Shown: positions 19,956 to 29,002, numbered from the stretch's first letter. The stretch: 64,000 nt of DNA from Minisyncoccota bacterium (GCA_028691985.1 JAQUYG010000001.1:27617-91616); one strand, 5' to 3'. A program made the numbers and translations. The notes: generated by a model from the letters alone, not told the origin.

Positions 19956-20506
19956 TCGGCGTTTCCGGCGCTATCGGAAGCTTCTCCGAACAGGCCGCCA
20001 AGGAATATTGCCGCAATAAAAAAATAGAAGATTACAAACTTGAATATCTAATTTCAGTCGAAAATGTGCTCAGCGCCCTCAAAAAAGAAAAAATCAACCT
20101 CGGAATATTCCCTATCGAAAATTCCAACGGAGGCATAGTTATTGAAAGCGTATACGCCATGAGTCGATATATTTTCAACATCCAGGAGCTTTTTGAAATA
20201 CCGGTAATCCATTGCCTGCTTGTAAAACCCGGCATTAAGAAAGAAGATATCAAGACTATCGCCTCTCACGACCAGGCAATCAAACAGTGTAAGATGTATA
20301 TCAAAAGAAGTTGGCCTTCTGCCGCCATTGAACAACGCGACGACACCGCCAAAGCCGCCAAAGATCTCTCGGAAGGCGTTTTAACTGACGATACAGCTGT
20401 TCTAGCCCCAGAAAGCTGCGCGAAGCTCTACAACCTCGAAATCCTCGAAAAAGGCGTGCAAGACCTCAAATTCAATTTTACCAGTTTTTTGGTAGTAACT
20501 AAATAA
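19940..20506 (+). CDS. pheA: Prephenate dehydratase, catalytic domain only (no ACT domain)
   Basis: GAIGSFSEQAA, PIENSNGGIV, SHDQAIKQC, DTAKAA, QDLKFNFTSF; ends right after the TRF-equivalent motif. Confidence 0.88.
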   Translation: MEEKIIGVSGAIGSFSEQAAKEYCRNKKIEDYKLEYLISVENVLSALKKEKINLGIFPIENSNGGIVIESVYAMSRYIFNIQELFEIPVIHCLLVKPGIKKEDIKTIASHDQAIKQCKMYIKRSWPSAAIEQRDDTAKAAKDLSEGVLTDDTAVLAPESCAKLYNLEILEKGVQDLKFNFTSFLVVTK

Positions 20507-20515
20507 AATCGAGAC

Positions 20516-20565
20516 AAAAAAAGAAACATAGCTCGCGTTAACCGCATAAAAGCTATGTTTTTTAT
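20516..20565. terminator. Bidirectional terminator between convergent genes
   Basis: AAACATAGCT...AGCTATGTTT with flanking A/T runs. Confidence 0.6.
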
Positions 20566-20581
20566 TATTTTTCTATTAAGT

Positions 20582-21163
20582 TCATTTTTCGCAGTCAGCT
20601 GTCATCGTTGCTTCTTCTTCGCAGCCCATAAAAGCAAGATGATTCGGTTGAGCTACATTATTCATCCGAAAACTTTTCTGATTGATTTCTTCTGTTTTTA
20701 AGGATAACTTAGTAAAATCCAATATATTTTTTAAGATAACTATAGCTTCGAAGAAATCGATGCCTTTCAGATCCTGAATAATGATTTTATCTTTCTTCCA
20801 TATATTCGTTCTGGTACTGAAAGGACTTGTCATCTGCAAGAATTTTTCCCGCACCTCCTCAAAAGCCACCCCTTCACAAAGAACAACTTCCATCCAATTC
20901 CGGTCGTCCACTAAAGAGACTTCTCCTGTCACATCTGTTTTTCTAACTTTGATATTTTCAAGAGTTTCGATCCTCGAAAGAAAGTTCAAAACCTTTTCCA
21001 ACCTGACTTTCCAGCCGAATTCTTTGATATTTACCAGAAAATATCCTTTTGTTTCGTTGAGAATATCCATGCTGAAATGCGTATCCAGCATAGAGCTGAT
21101 TTCTCTAAGCACTTTTTTTAGATCTTTAGACTTGTCCTTTCTTACGATAAGCGTCTCATTCAA
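20582..21163 (-). CDS. Hypothetical protein, possibly tandem ACT-like domains
   Basis: Overlaps the aminotransferase stop. DKSKDLKKVLREIS...YFLVNIKE...LEKVLNFL..IKV resembles a PheA ACT pattern (by eye). Confidence 0.7.
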   Translation of the reverse strand: MNETLIVRKDKSKDLKKVLREISSMLDTHFSMDILNETKGYFLVNIKEFGWKVRLEKVLNFLSRIETLENIKVRKTDVTGEVSLVDDRNWMEVVLCEGVAFEEVREKFLQMTSPFSTRTNIWKKDKIIIQDLKGIDFFEAIVILKNILDFTKLSLKTEEINQKSFRMNNVAQPNHLAFMGCEEEATMTADCEK

Positions 21164-22355
21164 TTTTAACTACCCCCTTTTGGATAAACAATTTTTCTAT
21201 TATATTCATAGCTTTTATAAGCTCTTCTGTGGTGGTCGCAAAACATATCCTAATATAATCATCACAAGTCTCTCCAAAGATGATCCCTGGAGCGACTGCA
21301 AGCCCTTCTTGAAGCAGAATCTCTGAACATTCCTCAGAATTAACACCGAATTTCTTCGGTAATTTTACAAATACATAAAAGGCTCCCTTCGGCGGCACAT
21401 ATTCTATACCCCAAAGATCAAAGAACGCACAGATATAATCTTTATTTTTCTTATATTCTTCGTTGCTTTTCTTTATGAAAGCCAGAGAATCTTCGAAATG
21501 ATTATCTATCGCCGCTTTGATAATGAATTGGAGCAGCGAACAAGAATTCCCGTCAATATTGCTCTTTGCGGCTATCATATCCCTGCATTTTGCATTTATC
21601 GCAAGTACAAAGCCTGCGCGCCAGCCAGGAATTGCCCACATCTTGGAAAAACTATTGACTATGATTGTCCGCTCTTTCATCCCCTTAAAACTGGCAATGG
21701 AGACCGGCATCTCGCCTTCCAAAATGATCGTGTTGTAAACCTCGTCTGAAATTACGATAAAGTCATGTTCAATAGCAAGCTGAGCAAGTTCCCCCAGCTC
21801 CTCATTGCTCCATATGACACTCGTAGGATTATTCGGGCTATTTATTATGATAGCCCTGGTATTTTTGGTAATTTTTGCTCTTATTTCTGCAAGCGGTAAA
21901 GAAAAATCCTCATTCGGGCCGACCAATACAAGTATGCCGTCATGAGCGCGAATTATCGCATTATAAGTCGGCCAATCAGAGGCAAAAATTATAATTTCGT
22001 AACCTGGCTTAGTTTCTTGATCGGCCAATGTCGCCGCAACTGCCAGGTCTATACCCTGTTTTGCACCGCTGGTAAAAATAATCTCATCGAGAGAATATTC
22101 CAGAGTGAACATCTTATAAACAAATTCACTTATGCTCTCTCTAATCTCGATAGCACCTTCAACAAAAGTATAGCCGTTATTGGATTCCATCTTCGAGGCT
22201 TCTGCTCCAGCCTCTATCAAAAAAAGAGGAGTAGTTACATGGGGCTCGCCTACATTTAATCTTATCACTGTTTGACCGCCAATAATAAGCTCCAAAATCT
22301 TTGCATTCAACTCATTGAGCGGAGAACCTTTTGCTTTTATTTTTTTTCCTGACAT
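21156..22355 (-). CDS. PLP-dependent class I/II aminotransferase (likely aromatic amino acid)
   Basis: LNVGEP, GAKQG, NSPNNPT, SDEVY, NSFSK..GWRAG; under an aromatic leader peptide. Confidence 0.93.
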   Translation of the reverse strand: MSGKKIKAKGSPLNELNAKILELIIGGQTVIRLNVGEPHVTTPLFLIEAGAEASKMESNNGYTFVEGAIEIRESISEFVYKMFTLEYSLDEIIFTSGAKQGIDLAVAATLADQETKPGYEIIIFASDWPTYNAIIRAHDGILVLVGPNEDFSLPLAEIRAKITKNTRAIIINSPNNPTSVIWSNEELGELAQLAIEHDFIVISDEVYNTIILEGEMPVSIASFKGMKERTIIVNSFSKMWAIPGWRAGFVLAINAKCRDMIAAKSNIDGNSCSLLQFIIKAAIDNHFEDSLAFIKKSNEEYKKNKDYICAFFDLWGIEYVPPKGAFYVFVKLPKKFGVNSEECSEILLQEGLAVAPGIIFGETCDDYIRICFATTTEELIKAMNIIEKLFIQKGVVKIE

Positions 22356-22501
22356 TTTTCGTTCACTCCTTTTTATTTTTGTTTCTGTTCCATACGAAAT
22401 GTTTGTGAAATGTCAATGAACTGCAAACTTGAGTAAAACTCCCTATGAGCTTACTTCCGAATTTTCGTCCGTTACAAGACGAAAGCTCGAAACTAAGCAC
22501 A

Positions 22502-22535
22502 TAAAAAAACAGCCTCTTGAGACAGGCTGTTTTTC
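22502..22535 (-). terminator. Attenuator terminator
   Basis: AAAAACAGCCT-gtctcaag-AGGCTGTTTTTTT. Confidence 0.85.
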
Positions 22536-22561
22536 GTGTTATAAACTACGGCAAAAGCGAC

Positions 22562-22618
22562 CTATCTCAAATGACGGCTAAAATAAAAGAAAAACCAGTT
22601 GCTTATGTTGTAATTCAT
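22562..22618 (-). CDS. Aromatic amino-acid attenuator leader peptide MNYNISNWFFFYFSRHLR
   Basis: 18-aa uORF with six consecutive W/F/Y codons; the stop region UUGAGAUAGG is complementary to CCUGUCUCAA in the terminator. Confidence 0.85.
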   Translation of the reverse strand: MNYNISNWFFFYFSRHLR

Positions 22619-22638
22619 AATTTTCAATTTATAAAGCT

Positions 22639-22667
22639 ATTGTAGCCAAATTATTATTTCATGTCAA
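22639..22667 (-). promoter_or_regulatory. sigma70 promoter of the leader-aminotransferase operon
   Basis: TTGACA, 17 nt spacer, TACAAT. Confidence 0.8.
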
Positions 22668-23845
22668 TGCCTGGTTTCTTCCAAAAACTTCTTCATTCTC
22701 TTAACTCCCTCTACAATATCTTCCATTGAGGTTCCAAAAGAAATCCTGAAATAATTATCGAAGCTCTTTCCAAAAAAAATACCCGGAGCGACAGCAATGC
22801 CTGTTTTCTCGAGAAGGGACTCAACAAACTCTCGTGATCCCATATCAAACCCCTTAGGTATCTTAGCAAACAAGTAGAAGGTTCCCTCCGGCTTTTTATA
22901 TTCCATCTTCATACCATCTAGACTTTCACACAAAAAATCTCTCCTTTTTAAATATTCACCCTTTGCCATATCAACGAATCTGAGATAATCCTCAAAATGA
23001 TTTGCCAGCACTTCCTCGACGACCATTTGAAAAAAAGAATTAGTATTCCCATTGATATTACTCTTAACTTTTATCATATTGTCGATTATTTCCCGAGAAG
23101 AAAAGGCAAAACCCAGCCGATAACCTGTCATAGAAAGTGTTTTAGAAAAGCCATCAATCACTATTGCTCGCTCTTTAGCCCCTGGGAAATCAGCGACAGA
23201 AATGTGTTTTTTTCCGTCAAAAACAGTAGAATTATAAACTTCATCTGAAATAATTATAAGATTATGTTTTTCAGCCAACTCTACGATTTCCCCAATATCC
23301 TCCCGCCCATATATCATCCCTACGGGATTGTTAGGGTTGTTTATCACTATTGCCTTGGTATTCTCATTAACAGCTTTTTTTATCGCCTCAATATTGAGAC
23401 CAAAGTTATTAGTAATATCCACCACCACAGGAAGGCCTCCAAAAAATTTGACCTGTTCAACATAGGTCGGCCAATGAGGGGCCACGACGATTACCTCGTC
23501 GTTGCCATTTAAAATCGCCGCAAAGGCCAAAAATAGCGCCTCCTTGGCCCCATTGGTCACAATCACCTCCTCCTTATTATATTCCAGCCCAAAAGTCTTT
23601 TTCTGCAGGTCTGCGAGCAAAAAACGAAGTTTATCCGTCCCGCCCGTGTGATTATAAAAATTATTTTTATCTTTTCCGTTTACAATCTTTATCGCTTCTT
23701 TTACAAATTCTGGACAAGCAAAATCCGGCTGCCCCAGGTTGAACTGCAAAACACTCTTCCCCTCTGCAATTTTATATTTAACATCAGAATCCCACTTATT
23801 TAGAAACGATTCCTGAATGCCTAAGACTTTTCCAGAGAACATCAT
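22664..23845 (-). CDS. PLP-dependent class I/II aminotransferase (paralog of 21156-22355)
   Basis: NLGQPDF, NGAKEAL, NNPNNPVG, SDEVY, DGFSK..GYRLG; shares KSNIxGN and NHFED with its neighbour. Confidence 0.93.
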   Translation of the reverse strand: MMFSGKVLGIQESFLNKWDSDVKYKIAEGKSVLQFNLGQPDFACPEFVKEAIKIVNGKDKNNFYNHTGGTDKLRFLLADLQKKTFGLEYNKEEVIVTNGAKEALFLAFAAILNGNDEVIVVAPHWPTYVEQVKFFGGLPVVVDITNNFGLNIEAIKKAVNENTKAIVINNPNNPVGMIYGREDIGEIVELAEKHNLIIISDEVYNSTVFDGKKHISVADFPGAKERAIVIDGFSKTLSMTGYRLGFAFSSREIIDNMIKVKSNINGNTNSFFQMVVEEVLANHFEDYLRFVDMAKGEYLKRRDFLCESLDGMKMEYKKPEGTFYLFAKIPKGFDMGSREFVESLLEKTGIAVAPGIFFGKSFDNYFRISFGTSMEDIVEGVKRMKKFLEETRH

Positions 23846-23958
23846 TTGATAGCTTTTATTTATTTATATTCTATATAATACCAAGAGCATTTGATAAGTC
23901 AATAAAAACAAAAAAACAGCCCTACAAAAGAGCTGTCTTATCTATGTCAGGAAAAATC

Positions 23959-24603
23959 TCACTTCCCTCTCCGTACCCCAGAAAATTCCCTCGCCCGCCT
24001 CTCTTGAAAAGGAAAGTCCAGCTCATCCAAGATAGTCTTCGCCTCATCATTTTTTCCCTCTGATTGCAAAATTTTTGCTTCGGCAAACTTTGAAAAATTC
24101 TCCTCATTTATAATCTCTAGAATTTTCCCGCCACCTCTCTGCTCCATAAGAACTTTCCAGGTTTCATAGTCTCCGCTTTCAAAAACTTCCATCATATCTC
24201 CTCGTTGCCCGTCGTCTCTAAGACAATCTCCACAGTCTTTAGATTGAACCATGTCCCCACGCGAAAAAAACATCTTTTTTTGAACACCATTTTCCTCTAG
24301 GAGAGAAATTGCTCCTTCCAAATCTCCGCTTTCTTTAAGTTTGTAGGCTTCAATAATGACAGCAAAAGTGTCCTTATCCGTAGCACCTGAGATTCTATCA
24401 CCTCCGACACTCTCGACCAGACTTTTCCATTTATCATAGTCACCGTTCTGGATGGCTGCATCGATGCTCTGCCGAGTTTCCTCAGAAAGATTACATTTTT
24501 CCCTCATTCCAGAAAAGCGACTGGATGAAGCATTGGCAGAAAAGATAGCCGATCCCATAAGGATCGAAAAGGCGGTTATCCCGATGATTTTTTTATTCTT
24601 CAT
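23959..24603 (-). CDS. Secreted hypothetical protein with an internal repeat
   Basis: Signal peptide; GDYDKWKSLVE and GDYETWKVLME repeat; ECF-type promoter upstream. Confidence 0.75.
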   Translation of the reverse strand: MKNKKIIGITAFSILMGSAIFSANASSSRFSGMREKCNLSEETRQSIDAAIQNGDYDKWKSLVESVGGDRISGATDKDTFAVIIEAYKLKESGDLEGAISLLEENGVQKKMFFSRGDMVQSKDCGDCLRDDGQRGDMMEVFESGDYETWKVLMEQRGGGKILEIINEENFSKFAEAKILQSEGKNDEAKTILDELDFPFQERRAREFSGVRRGK

Positions 24604-24649
24604 AGATTTTATATTATTAGTGATTTTAAGACGCCACTCTTACACCGTA

Positions 24650-24677
24650 TAATACGCATGCTGATTTTTTTTATTTC
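24650..24677 (-). promoter_or_regulatory. Putative ECF-sigma promoter
   Basis: GAAATA-15 nt-CGTATTA, the same motif as upstream of the ECF gene. Confidence 0.55.
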
Positions 24678-25458
24678 ACGACCCCGAGAAATCATGCTTT
24701 GGCACAATCTCTATAATTACCGACCTCGGACTAAAATCCACTTTGTCCATAAACGGAAATATATCCTTAGCAATAAATATTTGCTCCTCCTGTCTCTCTC
24801 CGAATACTTTGACATCAAAATTCCGCTCAATCGTAACCCCGCCATGCATCTTTGCACCAGAAGCTTCAACCAACCAAGATCCCCCAGACAGATCCTTAAG
24901 AAAGAATTGCCCATTTTCTATATCCACCTCTTTAATCACTCCCAGAATTATACCCTCTTCCGGCCTATTCCATATCTGATTCTGCCGAACTTTCATATCC
25001 TTATAGAAAGGCGCCCTTCTGGCAAACTCGATTTCTGCTTGCTCTCCTGCCCCGATTGCATATAATCCGGCGCCCAAAACAAAAGACAATAAAATATTTA
25101 ACAATACGATTTTTATGAATCCATAGCGATACCCCGTCTTCGTATGTTCATAATAATAGTAAGCTACAAGAAGAAATATTAAAAATGCCAGAAGCCAGAA
25201 GTAGGGCAATGTCACCAAGACAAGCCCCAAAGGATTATTTCCAAGCATATGATAAAGCCCCCAATCGCTGACCCCGACAAGATACAAAACCACGGCCACG
25301 GAAAGCGACCCGAAAAATATGTTCACAAAAAACACAAGCCAGACTACATATTCCCTAAGAATAAAACGCCACCTAGATTTCGGCTGAATCTTTTTTCCTC
25401 TGATTTCCTCCAGAATACTCGCACTTAAATCTTTTTCCATATATTTATAAGTTAACAC
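24676..25458 (-). CDS. Membrane protein, putative anti-sigma/partner of the ECF sigma factor
   Basis: Three TM helices, overlaps the ECF gene end, LPYFW and HTKTGYRY motifs. Confidence 0.75.
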   Translation of the reverse strand: MLTYKYMEKDLSASILEEIRGKKIQPKSRWRFILREYVVWLVFFVNIFFGSLSVAVVLYLVGVSDWGLYHMLGNNPLGLVLVTLPYFWLLAFLIFLLVAYYYYEHTKTGYRYGFIKIVLLNILLSFVLGAGLYAIGAGEQAEIEFARRAPFYKDMKVRQNQIWNRPEEGIILGVIKEVDIENGQFFLKDLSGGSWLVEASGAKMHGGVTIERNFDVKVFGERQEEQIFIAKDIFPFMDKVDFSPRSVIIEIVPKHDFSGS

Positions 25459-26035
25459 TCTCCTTTTCCAATTCTTCCTGAAAACTTTTTTTCGCTCTGC
25501 TGATCAGAGTCGCAACTGTCCCCATTGGTTTCTTCAGAATATCAGAAATTTCCTTATAGTCTTTATCCTCCCAAAACCGCAGAATCAGAACCTCCCGATG
25601 TTTCTCGTTGAGACGACCAAGGATTTCTCCTATATTCTTTTTCAGATAATTTTCATCCACCTCCTTATCGGTCTTCATATCAGATGCAAGATTCGCGAGA
25701 AAATCGTTATCCAAATCCAACACACACTGCGGCCTAGCCTTTTTTCGCCGATGGCTATTTATGACTTCATTATGCGTAATTCGATATATCCAAGAAGAAA
25801 ATTTCAGCTGATCGTCGAAAGAATTGAGGTTGATATAAGTCTTGATAAAAACCTCTTGCAAAATATCCTCCGCATCTTCCTTGGAAAATCCGGAAATTCT
25901 TACTATATAAGATAGCAATTTTCGCTCATATCTTTTTATTATATGCAAAAAACAGTCCTGATCTTCCAAAGCCATCTTTACTAGCTCTTCATCAGTCTTT
26001 TGAGAAAACAAATCAATATAGGAATCTTTCTCCAT
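25445..26035 (-). CDS. ECF RNA polymerase sigma factor (SigW-like)
   Basis: DAEDILQEVFIK, FSSWIYRITHN, YKEISDIL..PMGTVATLISRAK. Confidence 0.94.
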   Translation of the reverse strand: MEKDSYIDLFSQKTDEELVKMALEDQDCFLHIIKRYERKLLSYIVRISGFSKEDAEDILQEVFIKTYINLNSFDDQLKFSSWIYRITHNEVINSHRRKKARPQCVLDLDNDFLANLASDMKTDKEVDENYLKKNIGEILGRLNEKHREVLILRFWEDKDYKEISDILKKPMGTVATLISRAKKSFQEELEKESVNL

Positions 26036-26041
26036 AGGGCG

Positions 26042-26070
26042 TAATACGGTTTAATATGCTTTTTTATTTC
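26042..26070 (-). promoter_or_regulatory. Putative autoregulatory ECF promoter
   Basis: GAAATA-16 nt-CGTATTA ending just before the sigma ATG. Confidence 0.55.
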
Positions 26071-26079
26071 CAAAAGCGT

Positions 26080-26256
26080 TTACTTCTTGAAAATTATCTC
26101 ATCTACCGGAAAAAACACCAGCGCTCCGATGAAATTAGCAATTACTGTCTTGGTCAGATTGTCGTAAGGCAGACAAGCTAGAACCAGATACAAAATCGGT
26201 GTACTAAGCTGCCAACGCATGACATAAAAAAACAGCTTCTTGAATTTTTTATCCAT
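26080..26256 (-). CDS. Small membrane protein, 58 aa
   Basis: MDKKFKKLFFYVMRWQLSTPILYLVLACLPYDNLTKTVIANFIGALVFFPVDEIIFKK; below the ORF-track cutoff. Confidence 0.7.
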   Translation of the reverse strand: MDKKFKKLFFYVMRWQLSTPILYLVLACLPYDNLTKTVIANFIGALVFFPVDEIIFKK

Positions 26257-26422
26257 TTTATTGATTACTGAGCTTATTTAACCAGTCCAGAAACCAGAAT
26301 GATTTTAGCACAGAAAATCCACGATTACAATTACCTATTTTTTGACTTTTATGGAGAAAAAATGTATTATTAAAAGACTAAAAGGTCGAGTTCTTTAATT
26401 AATCCACTGATAACCAAAAAAT

Positions 26423-26629
26423 ATGCAAAAGCTAAATGCAGTAGACTGGCTGGCCCTAGTTCTCGTTTTAGTGGGAGCATTGAACTGGGGGTTGGTCGGG
26501 TTGTTAGATTTTGATCTGGTCGCTACTTTGTTTGGAGACATGTCTCTCATCTCCAGAGCGATTTATTCCTTTGTGGGAATCGCCGCTCTCTACATTGCCG
26601 CCATTTCCATGAGCTTGAACAAAGAATAG
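26423..26629 (+). CDS. DUF378 family membrane protein
   Basis: LVLVGALNWGLVGLLDFDLVATLFG. Confidence 0.92.
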   Translation: MQKLNAVDWLALVLVLVGALNWGLVGLLDFDLVATLFGDMSLISRAIYSFVGIAALYIAAISMSLNKE

Positions 26630-26640
26630 AAAAAACCATA

Positions 26641-26671
26641 AAAAACAGGAAGAGCTATCTTCCTGTTTTTT
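26641..26671. terminator. Bidirectional terminator
   Basis: AAAAACAGGAAGA-gcta-TCTTCCTGTTTTT. Confidence 0.8.
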
Positions 26672-27377
26672 ATTTTACCAAATAACTTTCTCGTTCCTTT
26701 TTATCAAACCGCTCAATCGCATAACGAAGCATTGTTCTTGGCATTTTTTTGTGATATTTAAGCAGAAAGATTTCTTCTGCCGCCAAGTCCCGCTTTCCCA
26801 CTTCCCGCAGCATCCACCCGACTGCTTTATGCATAAGATCGTGCTCGTCAAAAAGAAGAATTTCTGCAATCTTCAAGGTATCTCCAAAATCGTTTTTACG
26901 GATAAAAGCAAGCGTGGCTATTATCGCAATCCTCCTCTGCCATAGATTATCAGACTTAGCAAGTTCATAAAGCGCCCCCCTGTCCTTATTCAAAAGATGA
27001 TAGCCGAGAATCTTCGGAGCCGAGACATCTACTAAGTCCCAATTATTTATCTTCTTTGAATTCCTTATATAAAAATCAAAGATATTTTTTCTCATGTCCG
27101 CATCGCCTTGCTCGTATTTTTTCATAAGGATAAGAAGCGCGCAGAACCTTTCTTCGTGTATTTTACTTTCAAGCAGCTTTTTCACATCTCCGAACTCTAA
27201 ATCATAGAAACCTCTGACAATCATCCGCTGTACAGGGACTTTTATCCCCCAAAACACATCTCCTTCGCCATATTCCCCCTTGCCTGTTTTGAAAAACCCC
27301 TGCAGAATTTTCGCTTGATTCTCATTAGCCTCATCTGCTAAAACTTTTCTCAAACTACCCAATTTATTATCTTCCAT
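26670..27377 (-). CDS. DNA alkylation repair protein (AlkD-like)
   Basis: FFKTGKGEYGEGD, INNWDLVD, HKAVGWMLREVGKRD. Confidence 0.92.
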   Translation of the reverse strand: MEDNKLGSLRKVLADEANENQAKILQGFFKTGKGEYGEGDVFWGIKVPVQRMIVRGFYDLEFGDVKKLLESKIHEERFCALLILMKKYEQGDADMRKNIFDFYIRNSKKINNWDLVDVSAPKILGYHLLNKDRGALYELAKSDNLWQRRIAIIATLAFIRKNDFGDTLKIAEILLFDEHDLMHKAVGWMLREVGKRDLAAEEIFLLKYHKKMPRTMLRYAIERFDKKERESYLVK

Positions 27378-27469
27378 AAATTTCCATATTATATCAAAAT
27401 TCTAGCAGAAAAATGCATAAAAAAAAACCCGCTCATAACGGGCCTTCTTTTTTATAGACATGAATGAAA

Positions 27470-28993
27470 TCACTCGACCGCTTCGCTCACAGCAGCATCG
27501 ACATCCGTATCGACTGCCGTTTTCTCCATAATCCGGATCGGATCTCCATCAGATTGGTTTATAAAATCTTTTATGATAGGCACGATGACTCTCTTTTTCC
27601 AATAATAATTGTCTTCAGAAATACTTTTGACAGGAAATATGAGTGCCGGAACCAAATATTCATAACTCTTATTTTCGGTTTTATCATATCTCCAGAAATG
27701 TTCCAGTCCCACAAAAGGAGTATCCAGCTCAATAGTCACCTTTACCGACTCTGTTCTCTCGTCGTACAGCACCGGCTTCGATCTATCAGGACTGTTCACA
27801 CTGTTTATTATTTTATCAAAATCCCGTTCAGTATCATAGAGGGAGCTCTCGTAGTTCTGGACTGTGAGATTGTTGACCGCCGAAACCCTGCCACTACGCA
27901 CATCATAATTAACATTCAGTCCGGATATGTTTCCATAGCCCTCGTAGACTTTTATGTCATTGATAAGAAACGGGTATATGACTGTTACTTCGTCAGGGAT
28001 ATACGCATCTTCAATATTTTTGTAATACATCAAAAAATCCCTATTGACCTCCGGCTCGCCATAGATGCTAGTATCTATCCCATAGCCCGACAAGAAATCA
28101 TTGGCGACAGCTACGATAACTTCGTCATCAGGAATGTCTGAAAGAGAGGGACGGTCTGTTTCATAGCACCCTTCGGAAGTACAAGTGGTGGAATAATAAT
28201 TAGGCCATTTTTCCCAATTTTTATAAATATATGCCGAACCGTTCGTAAAATCTATCTCTGTCCGATAACCAAAATCAGAATTATCCACAAAACTTATATT
28301 ACCGACATTTGCATCGCCAACTTTGCCAAGATCAAACAGATTAAAATTTATCCTACCAGTAACACTACCTCCTTTGACCGAACCGCTTGTTGGAACCTTC
28401 CTGAACACATCCATTTTTTCTTGCTCTATAACAATCTCCTCCCCCGCATAAACATAAGAATAGTACATCGGCCCGAAAGGATAATCGATTTTGGATTCAG
28501 CATTGCCAGGAGGAGTAGAATATCTGCCTCCGCCCGCGCCTGCCGGAACGCTTTCCATATTAACCTCATCAGAAGAACTTTTCTCTACATTAAGATCAGA
28601 AAGTACGCCGAAAGCATTATCTTTGAGTTGTGCAACTGTCGGTTCGGAGGAAAAGAACAGATTCCTTCCATTCTCCATATCGACACCGGACCTATTTGAA
28701 ATTCCAGAAACAGAAATCAGGATAACCACGACAACCACCAACCCCCCGATAGCAAAAGACAACCCCTTATACATTTCCAAAAAGGAAAATTCCTTCTTCC
28801 CCACTACTTTCATCGGACCTACACTCTCCACAAGCTGCTTTTTTAGGGAGAGGACAAATTCTTCATCCGGCTCCAAGTCCGGCTCTATCTCCAAGAGTTC
28901 CTCAAGTACTTTAATGATTTCTACTTCATCGGACCTGAGACTGGGATCTATCTTATATATATCCTTTAAGATATCCTTTATTTTCTCGTTCAT
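27470..28993 (-). CDS. Single-TM protein, probable anti-sigma factor with a large extracytoplasmic domain
   Basis: Directly downstream of an ECF gene; short cytoplasmic domain, TM, large C-terminal region. Confidence 0.7.
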   Translation of the reverse strand: MNEKIKDILKDIYKIDPSLRSDEVEIIKVLEELLEIEPDLEPDEEFVLSLKKQLVESVGPMKVVGKKEFSFLEMYKGLSFAIGGLVVVVVILISVSGISNRSGVDMENGRNLFFSSEPTVAQLKDNAFGVLSDLNVEKSSSDEVNMESVPAGAGGGRYSTPPGNAESKIDYPFGPMYYSYVYAGEEIVIEQEKMDVFRKVPTSGSVKGGSVTGRINFNLFDLGKVGDANVGNISFVDNSDFGYRTEIDFTNGSAYIYKNWEKWPNYYSTTCTSEGCYETDRPSLSDIPDDEVIVAVANDFLSGYGIDTSIYGEPEVNRDFLMYYKNIEDAYIPDEVTVIYPFLINDIKVYEGYGNISGLNVNYDVRSGRVSAVNNLTVQNYESSLYDTERDFDKIINSVNSPDRSKPVLYDERTESVKVTIELDTPFVGLEHFWRYDKTENKSYEYLVPALIFPVKSISEDNYYWKKRVIVPIIKDFINQSDGDPIRIMEKTAVDTDVDAAVSEAVE

Positions 28994-29002
28994 ATTTTTA
29001 AT

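Noticed and set aside
22440-22500. Glutamine riboswitch suggested by CGGAAGTAAG
   Set aside because: Lacks the CGUU/AACG P1 and GAAG linker; the word is explained by a simple hairpin arm.
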